A stretch of 64,000 nucleotides of DNA from an uncultured Actinomycetes bacterium. GTDB taxonomy: Bacteria > Actinomycetota > Thermoleophilia > Gaiellales > Gaiellaceae. The notes beneath the pieces were generated by a model. The model searched no databases. It saw nothing but the letters and a program-made list of their open reading frames with translations, and was not told the DNA's origin. The stretch is from contig CAVPLG010000002.1 of NCBI GenBank assembly GCA_963705945.1, forward strand, positions 5,179 through 69,178, in the 5' to 3' direction. Below, piece after piece: positions 19,538 to 29,934 of this stretch (position 1 is its first letter; each line of letters opens with the position of its first letter). The position numbers and the translations under genes were made by a program.

Positions 19538-20536
19538 GTGGCCACCGAGCAGACGAAGCTCACGGTCGCCGTCACCGGGCCGACCGGTACGTTCGGCTTC
19601 GGCCTGATCCCGCTGCTCGAGGACGACGATCGGATCGGGAAGGTCGTCGGCATCGCCCGCCGCCCGTTCGACCCGGCCGCGCACGGCTGGACGAAGATGG
19701 ACTACCGGCGCGGCGACGTCCGCGACATCGTCGAGCTCACGCGGGCGTTCGAGGGCGCCGACGTCGTCGTCCATCTCGCATTCCTGATCACCGGCACCGC
19801 GGCGCGGGAGACGATCCGCGAGATCAACGTCGAGGGGACGGTGAACGCCTTCCGCGCCGCCGCGACCGCGGGAGCGAGGCGGTTCGTCTACGCGTCATCG
19901 GTGGCCGCCTACGGTTTTCACCGCGACAACCCGATCGGGATGACCGAGGAGTGGCCGGTCCGGCCCGCCGATCACCTGTTCTACGCGCAGGAGAAGGCGG
20001 AGATCGAGGACGTCCTGCGGCGCGAGGCCGACCGATCCGACCTCGACCTCTACCTGCTCCGCCCGCCGATCGTCGTCGGCCCGCACGCGGTCGGCGCCAA
20101 GGACGTCCTGCCCGGCCCGCTCTCCGGCTTTGCGGGGAGGCTGATCGGAGCCCTGAGGCGGGCGCCGGTCGGAGCCCCGGCGCCGGTGCCGGACCTGCCG
20201 GTCCAGTTCATCCACGAGGACGACGTCGGGCAGGCGTTCGCGCTCTGCATCGTCGGCGCCGGGCCGCCGGGCGAATACAACATCACCGGCGACGGCGTGC
20301 TGTCGATGCGGGACGTCGCCCGCGAGTTCGGGCTCCTGCCGGTCCCGGTGCCGACGGGCCCAACCAAGGCTGTCGCCCGGGCGATCGCCGCGCTTCCGTT
20401 CGCACCTCCGGCCGCCGAGTGGGCCGAGGCGGCGAGCCACCCGGCGATCATCGACGCGAGCAAGGCGAAGGGCGAGCTCGGCTGGAGCCCGCGCTTCGAC
20501 AGCCTCGCGGCACTGCGCGCGACCTTCGACGACTGA
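19538..20536 (+). CDS. NAD-dependent epimerase/dehydratase family protein
   Basis: Intact 332 aa with Rossmann motif VAVTGPTGTFG and an SDR-extended fold pattern (YASSVAAYG..YAQEKAE). Confidence 0.85.
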   Translation: MATEQTKLTVAVTGPTGTFGFGLIPLLEDDDRIGKVVGIARRPFDPAAHGWTKMDYRRGDVRDIVELTRAFEGADVVVHLAFLITGTAARETIREINVEGTVNAFRAAATAGARRFVYASSVAAYGFHRDNPIGMTEEWPVRPADHLFYAQEKAEIEDVLRREADRSDLDLYLLRPPIVVGPHAVGAKDVLPGPLSGFAGRLIGALRRAPVGAPAPVPDLPVQFIHEDDVGQAFALCIVGAGPPGEYNITGDGVLSMRDVAREFGLLPVPVPTGPTKAVARAIAALPFAPPAAEWAEAASHPAIIDASKAKGELGWSPRFDSLAALRATFDD

Positions 20537-20543
20537 GCCCCGA

Positions 20544-21339
20544 TCAGCGCGGACGCTTGGAGTCCAGCCACTCCTCGAACGTCGGCCCGGCGAGGACGGC
20601 GTGCGGGCGCGGAAGCAGGCCGCCGTTTGAGTTCAGCTCCCGGTCAGGGTCGTCGGAGTCGCTCACCTCGTCGACTCGCTCCGGATCGCCGACCCGGTCG
20701 GCGTAGCGCCGGGCGAGCTCGATCAGGCTCTCCTCGCGCGGCCCGGCGATCTCGGGGATCGGGTCGTTATCGACCTCCCCGCCCGCGGTCGCCAGATCGG
20801 CAAGCGCCTCGGCGACCGTCCGCGCGGCGACCACCTGGGTGCGCATCCGTGGGACGAGGCTGACCTCGCCTTGGCGCCCCCAGCCGATCAGCTCACGGCA
20901 CGAATTCGTGAAACTGCGCCGCGCGCAGGATCTGGGCCGGGACCGGGCCGGCCAGCGCCGCCCGCTCGTGAGCCTGCTTGGCGAGGCCGTAGCCGCCGGC
21001 GAACCGGTCGGTGGAGATGATCGACACGACGACGATCTTCTCGACCCCGGCCGTCGTGCCGGCATGTTGCAGGTTGGCTGTCGCAGCGGTGAAGAACTCG
21101 GTCGCCGCGTCGCGATCGGGTGAGGCGCCGGTGGCGGTGTCGATCACGACCTCGACCCCGTCGAGCGCCTCGGCGAGACCGTCGCCGGTGACGACGTCGA
21201 CGCCGGTCGAGCGCGAGATCGAGACGACGTCATGGCCGCGCTCGCGCAGGACGTCGGCGACTTGGCTCCCGACCCGACCGGTCGCTCCGGCGACCGCGAT
21301 CCGCTTGCTGTGCTGCTGCATGTCCGTTCCTCCAGTCAT
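20544..21339 (-). CDS. NAD(P)H-binding NmrA/SDR-like protein, one frame break
   Basis: ORF 20893..21339 (IAVAGATGRVGSQVADVLRERGHDVVSISR..) joins ORF 20544..21065 (..VPRMRTQVVAARTVAEALADL..GPTFEEWL) near 20895. Confidence 0.75.
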
Positions 21340-21402
21340 TCGGTGCGTCTGACAGGTGGACGAACGGGCGGCGGTGAAATGGACGCCGCCTGCGCCCGCC
21401 GG

Positions 21403-22786
21403 CTACGCGGCGGCCGGCGGGATGTTCTGGTTTCCCCGGAAGAGGTTTTCGGGGTCGTAACGCGCCTTGATCGCGGTCAGCCGGTCCCAGGTGGCGCCGG
21501 GATAGGCCGCACGGATCCGCTCGGCGCCGCCGTCGTCCATGAAGTTGACGTAGGCGCCGGGGTCGTCCTGCTCGATCTCGGCTGCAACCTCCTCGACCCA
21601 GGCCTGGCGGCGCGGCTTGTCGTCGGCGCCCTCATACAACGACGACGACGTTGCACATCACCCTCGAGTCTCGATGGGCAAACGCAGTGGCGTCGGCCTG
21701 CACCCGGGCGATGGCGCCGCCGAGGACGCGGAGCTGCGTCACCCGCATCGCGGCGTCCGACGATCGCAACCGGTCGACAATCGTGCCCGCCGTCGCCTCA
21801 TCGACCCGGTCGAGGAACATCGTCCTGATCACCGCGCTCGGGTGGTAGTCCTCCTGCTCGGGCGGATACATCTTCGGATACGGGATCGGCGCGAGCGTGT
21901 CCACGACCGGCTCGGCGAGCGAACGGAACGGCTCGAGCGCCGCTTCGCCCTCCTCCCGCAAGCCGCAGTGGCAGAGGAGGGCCATGATCACGAGCTCGCC
22001 GTGACGCTCGGCGGGGACGAACGGCAGCGGCGGCGCCGGGACGACGTTGGCGATCGTCGACAGCTCGTCGGCCGCGGCGTCGGCCGCGGCGACGAACCCG
22101 CTCAAGGTCTCGGCCGTCGCCGGCAGCATCAGCATCCCGCCGACGACCTCGTCGACCTCGTGGAGCCGGAACTTCAGTCGGGTCGCGACGCCGAAGTTGC
22201 CGCCGCCGCCGCGGATCGCCCAGAAGAGGTCCGGGTGGCGCTGGTCGTCCACCTCGAGGATCTCGCCGTCGGCGGTGACGACCTCGGCGGCGAGCAGGTT
22301 GTCGATCGTCATCCCATGGGCGCGGCTCAGATAGCCGACGCCACCACCGAGCGTGATCCCTCCGATCCCGACCGTGCCGGCGTCGCCGAACCCGGTCGCC
22401 AGGCCATGCATCGCGGCGGCCTCGGTGTACTCACCGGCGGTCAGTCCGGCGTCGGCCCATGCCGTGCCGGCGGCGACGTCGATATCGAGCCCGCGCATGT
22501 CGCGAAGGTCGACGACGAGCCCGCCGTCGTTGACGCCGAAACCGGCGGCGCTGTGACCGCCGCCGCGCACCGACAGCTCCGCCCCTGCCTCTCGGGCGAC
22601 CGAGACGACCCGGGCGACCTCGTATGCGTCGAGCGGCCTCAGGATCGCCGCCGGGTGGCGGTCGATCCCGCCCGGGAACACGGTCCGGGTCTCGTCGTAA
22701 TCGCCTTCGCCCGGGATGATCGCCCGTCCGGCGAAGTCGGGGCCGAGCTGCTGGTCGATGGTCTCGAGCACAGGGGAAGTGGTCAT
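21403..22786 (-). CDS. FAD-linked oxidase (FAD_binding_4 plus BBE-like C-terminus), one frame break
   Basis: AILRPLDAYEVARVVSVAREAGAELSVRGGGHSAAGFGV..GLATGFGDAGTVGIGGITLGGGVGYLSRAHG..FWAIRGGGGNFGV. The C-terminal piece YVNFMDDGG..YDPENLFRGNQNI (ORF 21403..21639) joins near 21640. ATG at 22786. Confidence 0.85.
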
Positions 22787-22878
22787 CGTCGATGCCTCGT
22801 GGGGTCGTGGTCTCCGGCGACGATCGTCCCCCTCCCTCGGCGCCTCATCAATGTGGCCGACCCCCAACTCGGTGTGCG

Positions 22879-23499
22879 GTTACCCGTACGATCGCTCGGA
22901 TCGGCGAGCCACTGCTCACCCAGTCGATCGACCTCCCCGGCGGTCCGCTCCGGCTCCTTCAGCCGCGCGAGTCGGCGCGGCTGCCCGACGACGGCGCGAT
23001 CGAATGGGCGCCGATCGCGCCCTACTGGTCGGTGCTCTGGCGCAGCGGCGTCGCCCTCGCCCGCGAGCTCGGCCGGGTCGACCTCGCGGCCCGCCGGGTG
23101 ACCGAGATCGGCTGCGGTTTGGCGCTGCCCAGCCTCATGGCGGCCCGCGCCGGCGCCGACGTCCTCGCCACCGACTCAGACCCGGAGGCGCTGGCGCTCG
23201 CCGCCCGCAACGCGGAGCGCAACGAGGTCCGCCTCGACACCGCAATCGTCGATTGGAACGCTGCGGAAGAGTTGATCGGCCGTGGGCCGTTCGACGTCGT
23301 GCTCGCCGCGGACGTTCTGTACGAGCGCCCGAGCGTCGCCGCGCTGCTGTCGTTGTTGCCGCGGCTCGCGCCGGAGGCGTGGATCGCCGACCCCGGCCGG
23401 CCGGGGGCCGAGGCGTTCCTCGAACAGGCGCGGCGCCGATGGTCGCTGGCGACGCGGCAGAGCGGCGTGGTCTCGATCCACCGGATCGATCTCGGCTGA
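22879..23499 (+). CDS. class I SAM-dependent methyltransferase (Methyltransf_16 / protein-lysine MTase-like)
   Basis: ORF 22792..23499 with WRSGVALAREL..RVTEIGCGLALPSLMAARAGADVLATDSDPEALALAARNAERN..VVLAADVLYE. The start is uncertain (GTG 22879 is preferred over 22792 because the first 30 codons are low-complexity). Confidence 0.7.
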   Translation, partial: VTRTIARIGEPLLTQSIDLPGGPLRLLQPRESARLPDDGAIEWAPIAPYWSVLWRSGVALARELGRVDLAARRVTEIGCGLALPSLMAARAGADVLATDSDPEALALAARNAERNEVRLDTAIVDWNAAEELIGRGPFDVVLAADVLYERPSVAALLSLLPRLAPEAWIADPGRPGAEAFLEQARRRWSLATRQSGVVSIHRIDLG

Positions 23500-23582
23500 T
23501 CGCTCGTCGACTGTCACATCCGGTCGTCGCCGTTCGTCATAGAGGTGACGGACGCAATCGAGTCGACCTATGAAGGAGATCG

Positions 23583-23939
23583 ATGGCCATGGAACACAAC
23601 TCGCAGAGCTTCATCGGGTCCGACGGCGCGCTCGGAGCTTTCGCCACGCTCACCGGGCTCGGCGTGGTGACCCTTGCGCTCGCCCCGCTCGCGCTGCCGA
23701 TCCTGATCCTTACCCTGGCCGCCCTGCTGCCGCTCGCCGTCCCGCTGATCGTGCTCGCGATCCCGGTCGCGATCGTGCTGGCGATCCGGGCCGCGTACCG
23801 CCGGCTCATGCCGACGCGCCGCGATCGGGACAATCGATTCACCCGGGCAAGAGCGCAAAGGAGGCAGACGGATGACGGATCACAGGGTCGTGCCGCGAGA
23901 GGAATGGCAGAAGGAGCGCGACGAGCTGCTCGCGCTTGA
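23583..23939 (+). CDS. small membrane protein (two hydrophobic helices)
   Basis: A good SD (GAAGGAG) precedes the ATG at 23583. LGAFATLTGLGVVTLALAPLALPILILTLAALLPLAVPLIVLAIPVAIVLAI. The 3' end overlaps the next gene by 68 nt, so the true stop may be earlier. Confidence 0.45.
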   Translation: MAMEHNSQSFIGSDGALGAFATLTGLGVVTLALAPLALPILILTLAALLPLAVPLIVLAIPVAIVLAIRAAYRRLMPTRRDRDNRFTRARAQRRQTDDGSQGRAARGMAEGARRAARA

Positions 23940-24621
23940 GAAGGAGCACACCAGGCAGGCCGACGAGCTCGCCCGCCGGCGGCGCGAGCTGCCGTGGGTG
24001 AGGATCGACGAGGAGTACGGCTTTAAGACCGAATCCGGGACCAGGTCGCTCGCCGAGCTGTTCGACGGCCGCTCGCAGCTGTTCGTCTACCACTTCATGT
24101 TCGGGCCGAAGTACGACGCGGGCTGCCCGGTGTGCTCCTCGGGCGCCGACACCTACGACGGCGCGTTTGCGCATCTGAACGCTCGCGACGTCACCTTCAC
24201 CTGCATCTCGCGGGCGCCGCTCGATCGGCTGCTCGCCTACCGCAAGCGGATGGGCTGGAGCTTTCCCTGGGCCTCGTCGGAGGGCAGCGACTTCAACTTC
24301 GACTTTCAGGTCTCACAAACCGACGAGCAAGCGGCGGCGCTGGTCGAGGGCGGTGTGCCGCCGGCCGTCGAGCTCAACGCCGCGGCGTGCGGCACCGACC
24401 CCGGCGGCTATCTGACCGAGGCCCCTGGGCTGACCGTGTTCGCGCTCGATGACGGCGAGGTGTTCCAGACCTACTCGACGGGCGCGCGCGGGCTCGAGAT
24501 CATGATGGGCTTCTATCCCCTGCTCGACCGCGTCCCCAAGGGGCGCGACGAGGACAAGGACTCCGATTTCTGGATCCGGCGCCACGATGAATACGACCAG
24601 GCCGCCCGGTCTGAGAGCTGA
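23872..24621 (+). CDS. DUF899 thioredoxin-like protein
   Basis: Intact 249 aa with SD AGGAGG. REEWQKERDELLALEKEHTRQADELARRRRELPWVRID..YGF..LFDGRSQLFVYHFMFGP..CPVCSS is typical of DUF899. Confidence 0.85.
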   Translation: MTDHRVVPREEWQKERDELLALEKEHTRQADELARRRRELPWVRIDEEYGFKTESGTRSLAELFDGRSQLFVYHFMFGPKYDAGCPVCSSGADTYDGAFAHLNARDVTFTCISRAPLDRLLAYRKRMGWSFPWASSEGSDFNFDFQVSQTDEQAAALVEGGVPPAVELNAAACGTDPGGYLTEAPGLTVFALDDGEVFQTYSTGARGLEIMMGFYPLLDRVPKGRDEDKDSDFWIRRHDEYDQAARSES

Positions 24622-25055
24622 TGGCCTTCGCTCCGCCGGCACGACACCTGCAGCGCGCTCGCGACCTCGCCGACGCGCGCTACTTCGAGCCGCTGCGGGT
24701 CGAGGACATGGCCGCGGCGGCGGGGCTCTCGCCGGCTCATTTCAGCCGTGAGTTCCGGCGGACGTTCGGCGAGCCGCCGCACTCCTACCTGCTGACCCGC
24801 CGGCTCGAGCGCGCCGCGGCGCTGCTTCGGAACACCGACCAGTCGGTCGCCGAAATCTGTTTCGCGGTCGGGCTGAAGAGCGTCGGGTCGTTCACGAGCA
24901 GTTTCACCCGCAGCTACGGAATCTCGCCGACCACCTATCGCGCCGCGTTCCCGCCCGCCGCGGAGCACGCCTTGATCCCGGCCTGCGTACTGCGAGCGTA
25001 TGCACGCCCGCAAAACAGCACGTTTCGAGAAGACAGCTCGGCGGCTCGCAGCTAG
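24621..25055 (+). CDS. AraC-family (HTH_18) transcriptional regulator, short form
   Basis: Intact 144 aa: LRVEDMAAAAGLSPAHFSREFRRTFGEPPHSYLLTRRLERAAALLRNTDQSVAEICFAVGLKSVGSFTSSFTRSYGISPTTYR. The start shares 1 nt with the DUF899 stop. Confidence 0.8.
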   Translation: MAFAPPARHLQRARDLADARYFEPLRVEDMAAAAGLSPAHFSREFRRTFGEPPHSYLLTRRLERAAALLRNTDQSVAEICFAVGLKSVGSFTSSFTRSYGISPTTYRAAFPPAAEHALIPACVLRAYARPQNSTFREDSSAARS

Positions 25056-25101
25056 CTTGGCGCAGCGAGCGAATTTCCCCCGAGAGAGGAGAACGGAATG
25101 A

Positions 25102-25403
25102 TCACGATCGGAAGCACCGCCGGCTTAGACCGGCCGACTGCAGCCGCAGCTGCACGGCCTCGACCGTCATCTTCGGGTTCATTCGGAGGACGGTGCGAGC
25201 GGCGTGCTCCATGGCGGGCATGAGCGCGCGAGTCCGCAAAGACCCCTGGAGCGAAACGTCCTTCTTCCGGCTTCGCCTGCCGTACGCGGCTGCCCGGCGG
25301 AACGAGAGCATGCGCTCTTTCTCCGGAGGAGGCTCACGTACTCGGCGACGAGGTACACCGATCCGGCGAGACACAGCAGCGCGACCACGAGCATCAGCAT
25401 CAC
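25102..25403 (-). CDS. small membrane protein at the distal end of the Tad operon (possible vestigial TadC-like N-terminus)
   Basis: GTG/ATG at 25403/25400, 1 nt after the TadB stop: MMLMLVVALLCLAGSVYLVAEYVSLLRRK. This joins frame 25102..25374 (..ERMLSFRRAAAYG..RMNPKMTVEAVQLRLQSAGL..). Only about 100 aa and no T2SSF domain. Confidence 0.35.
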
Positions 25404-25404
25404 G

Positions 25405-26359
25405 TCACCCCTTGAACGAGACGATCTTCTTGAGGAGCAGGGACCCGACGGCCATCATCACGAGGCTGAGCATGATCATCTTGTGACCCGCGGAGGTGCC
25501 GAAGAGCGGCGCCATGTAGCCAGGGTTCAGGAGCGTCAGTGCCCCGCGAGGAAGAACGGCAGCCCGATGAGCACGTAGGCCGACATGCGGCCCATCGCCG
25601 TCAGCGCCTTGATCTTCCGCGCGAACTGCTGTCGGTTGCGCACGGTGTCCGCGACCATGTCGAAGAGCGACGCGAGCGAGCCACCGACCTGGCTCTGGAC
25701 GGCGATCGCGGTGACGATGAACGAGAGGTTCTTCGAGCCGACCCGCTCCGCCATGTCGTTCAGCGCGTCGTCGAGCGGACGGCCGAGCCTCGTCTCCGTG
25801 AGCACGCGGTTGAACTCCTTGCGCGGCCGGCTCGGCGCCGTCGTCGACGATCGCCTGGAGCGCCTGCTTGAAGCTGTGGCCCGCCTTGAGCGACGCCGCG
25901 ACGCCGATGAGGAGGTCCGGCAGCTGGTTCTCGAACGCCTGGAGGCGACGGTGCGCCTTCAGCCAGACCCAGCCGACCGGGAGCATCGCGCCGCCGGCCA
26001 GGCCGAGGAGCGAGATCAGCGTCGACGACGCGATCACCGTCATCAGCAGCCCGACCAGAATGCGCGGCGCCGACCATCATGTAGGCGAGCTCCGCCGTCT
26101 TCAGCGGCAGGTCGGCGCGCTCGATGAGGCGCCGGAGGCGGAGCCAGAGACGCGTTTCGCCGAGCGCGTTCTCCGTGAGGCGGAACAGGCCGGCGAGCGC
26201 CTGGAGACGCTCCTTCTTCTCCTTCGTCTTCTCGATCGCTTCGGCTTCGGCGCGACGTGCCGCTGCACGTGCGGAGCGCACCCGGTCGGCGCCCGCGGAC
26301 GTGAAGACGAGAATGAGCGCCAGGAGCACGAGCAAGCCGACGAGCAGCCCAAGGCCCAT
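25405..26359 (-). CDS. TadB-type platform protein (T2SSF domain); in this sequence apparently the C-terminal half of a VWA-TadB fusion; frame-interrupted
   Basis: MGLGLLVGLLVLLALILVF (TM1)..LRRLIERADLPLKTAELAYMMVGA..LPVGWVWLKAHRRLQAFENQLPDLLIGVAASLKAGHSFKQALQAIV..VLTETRLGRPLDDALNDMAERVGSKNLSFIVTAIAVQSQVGGSLASLFDMVADTVRNRQQFARKIKALTAMGRMSAYVLIGLPFF..LLNPGYMAPLF..IMLSLVMMAVGSLLLKKIV (ORFs 25760..26467, 25405..26043, 25536..25805). Confidence 0.8.
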
Positions 26360-27272
26360 CGAGCCGCCCCGGCCGTAGGCGGCCGCAGGCAGCAGCCCGC
26401 CGGACTTCTCCACCTCCGCCGTCGCGGGGATCGGGGCGCGCGCGGAGTCTCGGCCGAGCCCGGGCACCTGCGCGACGAGCTTCGGAGACTCTCCCGGCCG
26501 ACCCGACGTGATGTAGTCGAGGCGCCACGTGCGCTTCAGCTCGTTAGCGAGCTCGGCGTAGATGCCCTTGAGAGCAGCGGGCGACGGCGTGCCGTAGTAC
26601 CGGCCTCCCGTTCGCTTGGCGAGGTACCTGCAGCGGGCCGGGCGTGAACGCCTTGCTCTCGATGGCGACGACGTAGACGGTCGTCTCCGCCTCGCCTCGC
26701 CGCCTTGATCGCGTCCGCGAGCGTCGCTGAGCTGCGCGTCTCGTTACCGTCGGTGACGATGATGATGATCCGCGCGCGGTTGTTCTCTCGGCGAGCGTCT
26801 GCGAGGCGAGCACGATGTCGTCGTAGAGCGTCGTGCCCTTGATCGGGTCGACCCTGATGCCCTGAGAGCGCGGCGCCGGCCTCGCGCCCCGCCTCCGTGA
26901 ACGGCACGAGGAGCAGCGGCTTCGTTGCGAAGGACGTCACGCAGATCCGGTCCGTCGGCAGCTTCGCGGCGACAAAGGCGCTCGCGGCGGCGGTCGCCTG
27001 CTCGAGCGGCGCCCCCCTCATGGAACGCGAGCGGTCGACGGCGAGGCAGATGCTTCGCGCCGCTCCGAGGTTCTGGGCGAGCACACCGGAGGCCGGCGCG
27101 CCCGTTCTCGATCAGCTGCGGCGGGAGCTTTGACGGCTTCGACGTGACGACGGTCGCCTGCGCGCGCGGATAGCGGTCGCGTCGACGCCGCGATGTCGAC
27201 GCCGCCCCGGCAACGGCGGGCGCGCGAGAGGCCCAGCACCGCCGGCAGAGGAGCCGGCGGCGAACGCTTCAT
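26360..27272 (-). CDS. von Willebrand factor type A (VWA) domain, signal-peptide-like N-terminus; reads through into TadB; frame-interrupted
   Basis: ATG at 27272 with SD GGGAG. ICLAVDRSRSMRG (MIDAS DxSxS), AASAFVAAKLPTDRICVTSFATKP, RARIIIIVTDGNET, TVYVVAIESKAF, LAKRTGGRYYGTPSPAALKGIYAELANELKRTWRLDYITSGRPG. There is no stop before the TadB TM1. Confidence 0.7.
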
Positions 27273-27293
27273 CCGCGAGGGCTCCCGCCGAAG

Positions 27294-28727
27294 CTACCGG
27301 CGGCGAAGCTCTGGCGCAGCCAGGCCCGAGTCGTCTTCGGCTTCGAAGAACGTCGGCGGCAGGGAGACGCCGTTCGCGGCCATCTTCTCGAGGAAGTGTG
27401 GCTTGAGACCGGAGCAGTGGAGGGCGCCGAGCAGACGCATCGCGTGCTGCGCCTGCGCGGTCTCCTCGTCCGGCGGCTTTGCAACGAAGACGTCCTGAAG
27501 CGTCACGACGTCGGACTCCATGCGCAGCACCTCGGTGATGTGCGTGATGCGCGCGGCTCCGTCGACGAGGCGAGCGATCTGGACGAGCAGGTCGAAGGCG
27601 CTCGAGATCTGCTCGCGAATCGCGCGCAGCGGCAGCTCGACGCCGGCGGTGAGCACCAGCGTCTCGAGCCGGGCGAGCGAGTCGCGCGGGGAGTTCGCGT
27701 GGATCGTCGTCAGCGAGCCCTCGTGGCCCGTGTTCATCGCCTGGAGCATGTCGACCGTCTCGGCGCCACGGACCTCACCCACGATGATGCGGTCGGGGCG
27801 CATGCGCAGGGAGTTGCGGACGAGCTCGCGGATGCGGATCTCGCCGGTGCCCTCGATGTTCGCCGGACGCGACTCGAGCGTGATCACGTGGTCCTGCTGG
27901 AGCTGGAGCTCAGCGGCGTCCTCGATCGTGACGATCCGCTCGTCTGACGGGACATACGCGGACATCGCGTTCAGCAGCGTCGTCTTACCGGTACCGGTAC
28001 CTCCGGAGATGAGGATGTTGAGCTTCCCCTTGACGCACGCGGCCAGGAAGTGCGCACCGCGGCTCGTGATCGAGCCGAACTCGATCAGGTCGTCCATCGT
28101 GTACGGGTCGCGGGAGAACTTCCGGATCGTGAGCGTCGGCCCCTTGAGCGCGAGCGGCGGGATGATCGCGTTGACACGGCTCCCGTCCGGGAGGCGGGCG
28201 TCGACCATCGGCGACGACTCGTCGATGCGCCGGCCGATCTGCGACACGATCTTGTCGATGATGCGCATCACGTGCGCGTCGTCGACGAACGTCGCGTCCG
28301 TCGGCTCGATCTTGCCTGTGCGCTCGACGTAGACCTTGTTCGGCGCCGTTGACCATGATCTCCGTCACGGTGTCGTCGCGGAGGAACGGCTCGAGCGGCC
28401 CGTAGCCGAGGATGTCGTCGGCGATGTCGGCGACGATCTGCCGGCGCTCCTCGCGCGTCAGCGGCGTCCGGTCGAGAGCGAGCTGCTCCATGACCGAGCG
28501 CATCACGCGCTCGTTCGAGGTCCTGCGTCGACTCGGTCGCGAACAGCTCAGGGCCGAGCTGCGCGATGCATGCGTGGTGGACCCGTGTCTTCAGCTCGGC
28601 GTACGGGTCGACCTGCTTCGGCCGGCCGTCTGCGGCCCTCGCGGGACGCGAGCGGAGTCGCCTCGGAACCGTTCCTTCGGCTCCGACGGGCCCCGACAGG
28701 GCCATTGATGCGATCGTGGAGGCCCAT
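27294..28727 (-). CDS. cpaF: CpaF/TadA-type pilus assembly ATPase (T2SSE family), frame-interrupted in the 5' third
   Basis: ORF 27294..28271: [29 protein letters not shown], Walker [61 protein letters not shown]-terminal pieces are in ORFs 27985..28506 and 28268..28705. ATG at 28727. Confidence 0.85.
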
Positions 28728-28729
28728 CG

Positions 28730-29932
28730 CTAGCTCCGATGCGGGAGAGATGCCCTTGCGAGCCGACGCCTTCTTCTTGCCGCCCGGACCGGCGGCGATG
28801 AGGCTCTTCGCGAGCTCGGCGATCGCCTTCGAGAAGTCCGAGCCAGGATCGTTGCAGAGCAACCGGCTTACCGCGATTGACACCGAGCGGCACGGCACGG
28901 TCGGACGGCAGGTCGGCACTGATCTTCGTTTCGAGGGCCCGCTCGACCTCGGCGCGCTGGATGCCGACGTTCGTGTTCGAGCGGTTGAGGATCACGCCGA
29001 CGCGCTCGCGTCGGGAACGAGAGCAGCTCGAGCGTCTGGAGGCTCAGCCGGACGTTCTTGATCGTCGGCACGTCGAGCCCGCAGAGCAGGAGCAGGTCGT
29101 CCGTCCGGTCGAGCGTCGCCAGCATCGGCCCGTGGAAGAACGGCGAGGTGTCGACGACGATCACGTCGTACGAGCCTCGCGCGACTTCGAGCAGTCGGGC
29201 GAGCTTGCCCTCGGTCACGAGCTCGGCGTCCTCGGGCTGGAGCGGTGCCGGCAGGACGTCGACGCCACAGGTGTGCGCGAGCGTGTAGCCGGCGAGCTTC
29301 TCGGAGTCGAGCTCACCCGGCGCGACGACGAGGTCGTAGATCGTCTTGTCGGGCTGGAGGCCGAGCATGATCGCCGCGTCGCCGAACTGCAGGTCGAGGT
29401 CGAGAAGCAGCGTGCGCTTGCCCATCGTCTTCGCGAGCGTCGCGGAGAGGTTCGTCGAGACGACGGTCTTGCCGACACCGCCCTTGGGGCTGAAGACGGT
29501 GATCACACGTCCGCGTCCACCTTCGGCCTGCTGTGCACGGCGACCGTGGTGGCAGGCCTTGCGGATGGCGAAGACGATGTTCTCCGTCAGCTGCGGCAGG
29601 GGGATCAGGTCGGCGACGCCGTCCTCGAGTGCCTCCTCGAGAAGCGCGGAGGAGTCGCCCGAGGCGAGCACGATGATCGGCGCCCGCGTGAACTCGCGAA
29701 TCGCAGCGAGCTCTTCGGCCGGGTAGGCAGGACCGCGCGTCGCGTGGAGCACCGCCTCGAGGTGGCCGCCGGCGAGGGCCGTCGATGCCTCCTGGACACT
29801 CTCTGTGGAGCCGACCAGCTCGAGCTCGTCGTTCGCGTCGAGCGCCTGGGCAACCTCGGCGAGGCCGTCGCAGGATCCCGTGACGAAGACGCGCAGCCGG
29901 TCGCGTGAGTCGTTCTGGGTCTCGTCAGTCAT
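28730..29932 (-). CDS. TadZ/CpaE-type ParA/MinD-like ATPase with N-terminal atypical (pseudo-)receiver domain, frame-interrupted at the 3' end
   Basis: MTDETQNDSRDRLRVFVTGS..LEAVLHATRG (His where a phospho-acceptor Asp would sit). Deviant Walker A: VITVFSPKGGVGKTVVSTNLSATLA. Then LLLDLDLQFGD, VIVVDTSPFF. Tail: VILNRSNTNVGIQRAEVERAL..DFSKAIAELAKSL. The stop position (TAG 28730) is inferred. Confidence 0.8.
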
Positions 29933-29934
29933 GC

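Noticed and set aside
25056-25101. Short plus-strand ORF after the AraC gene (SD GGAGAA, ATG near 25098, MITIGSTAGLDRP..), considered as the remnant of a gene truncated by insertion of the Tad island
   Set aside because: About 40 codons, it runs antisense into the last Tad gene and has no recognisable family. I could not identify direct repeats, integrase or tRNA marking an insertion, so an island boundary cannot be supported.
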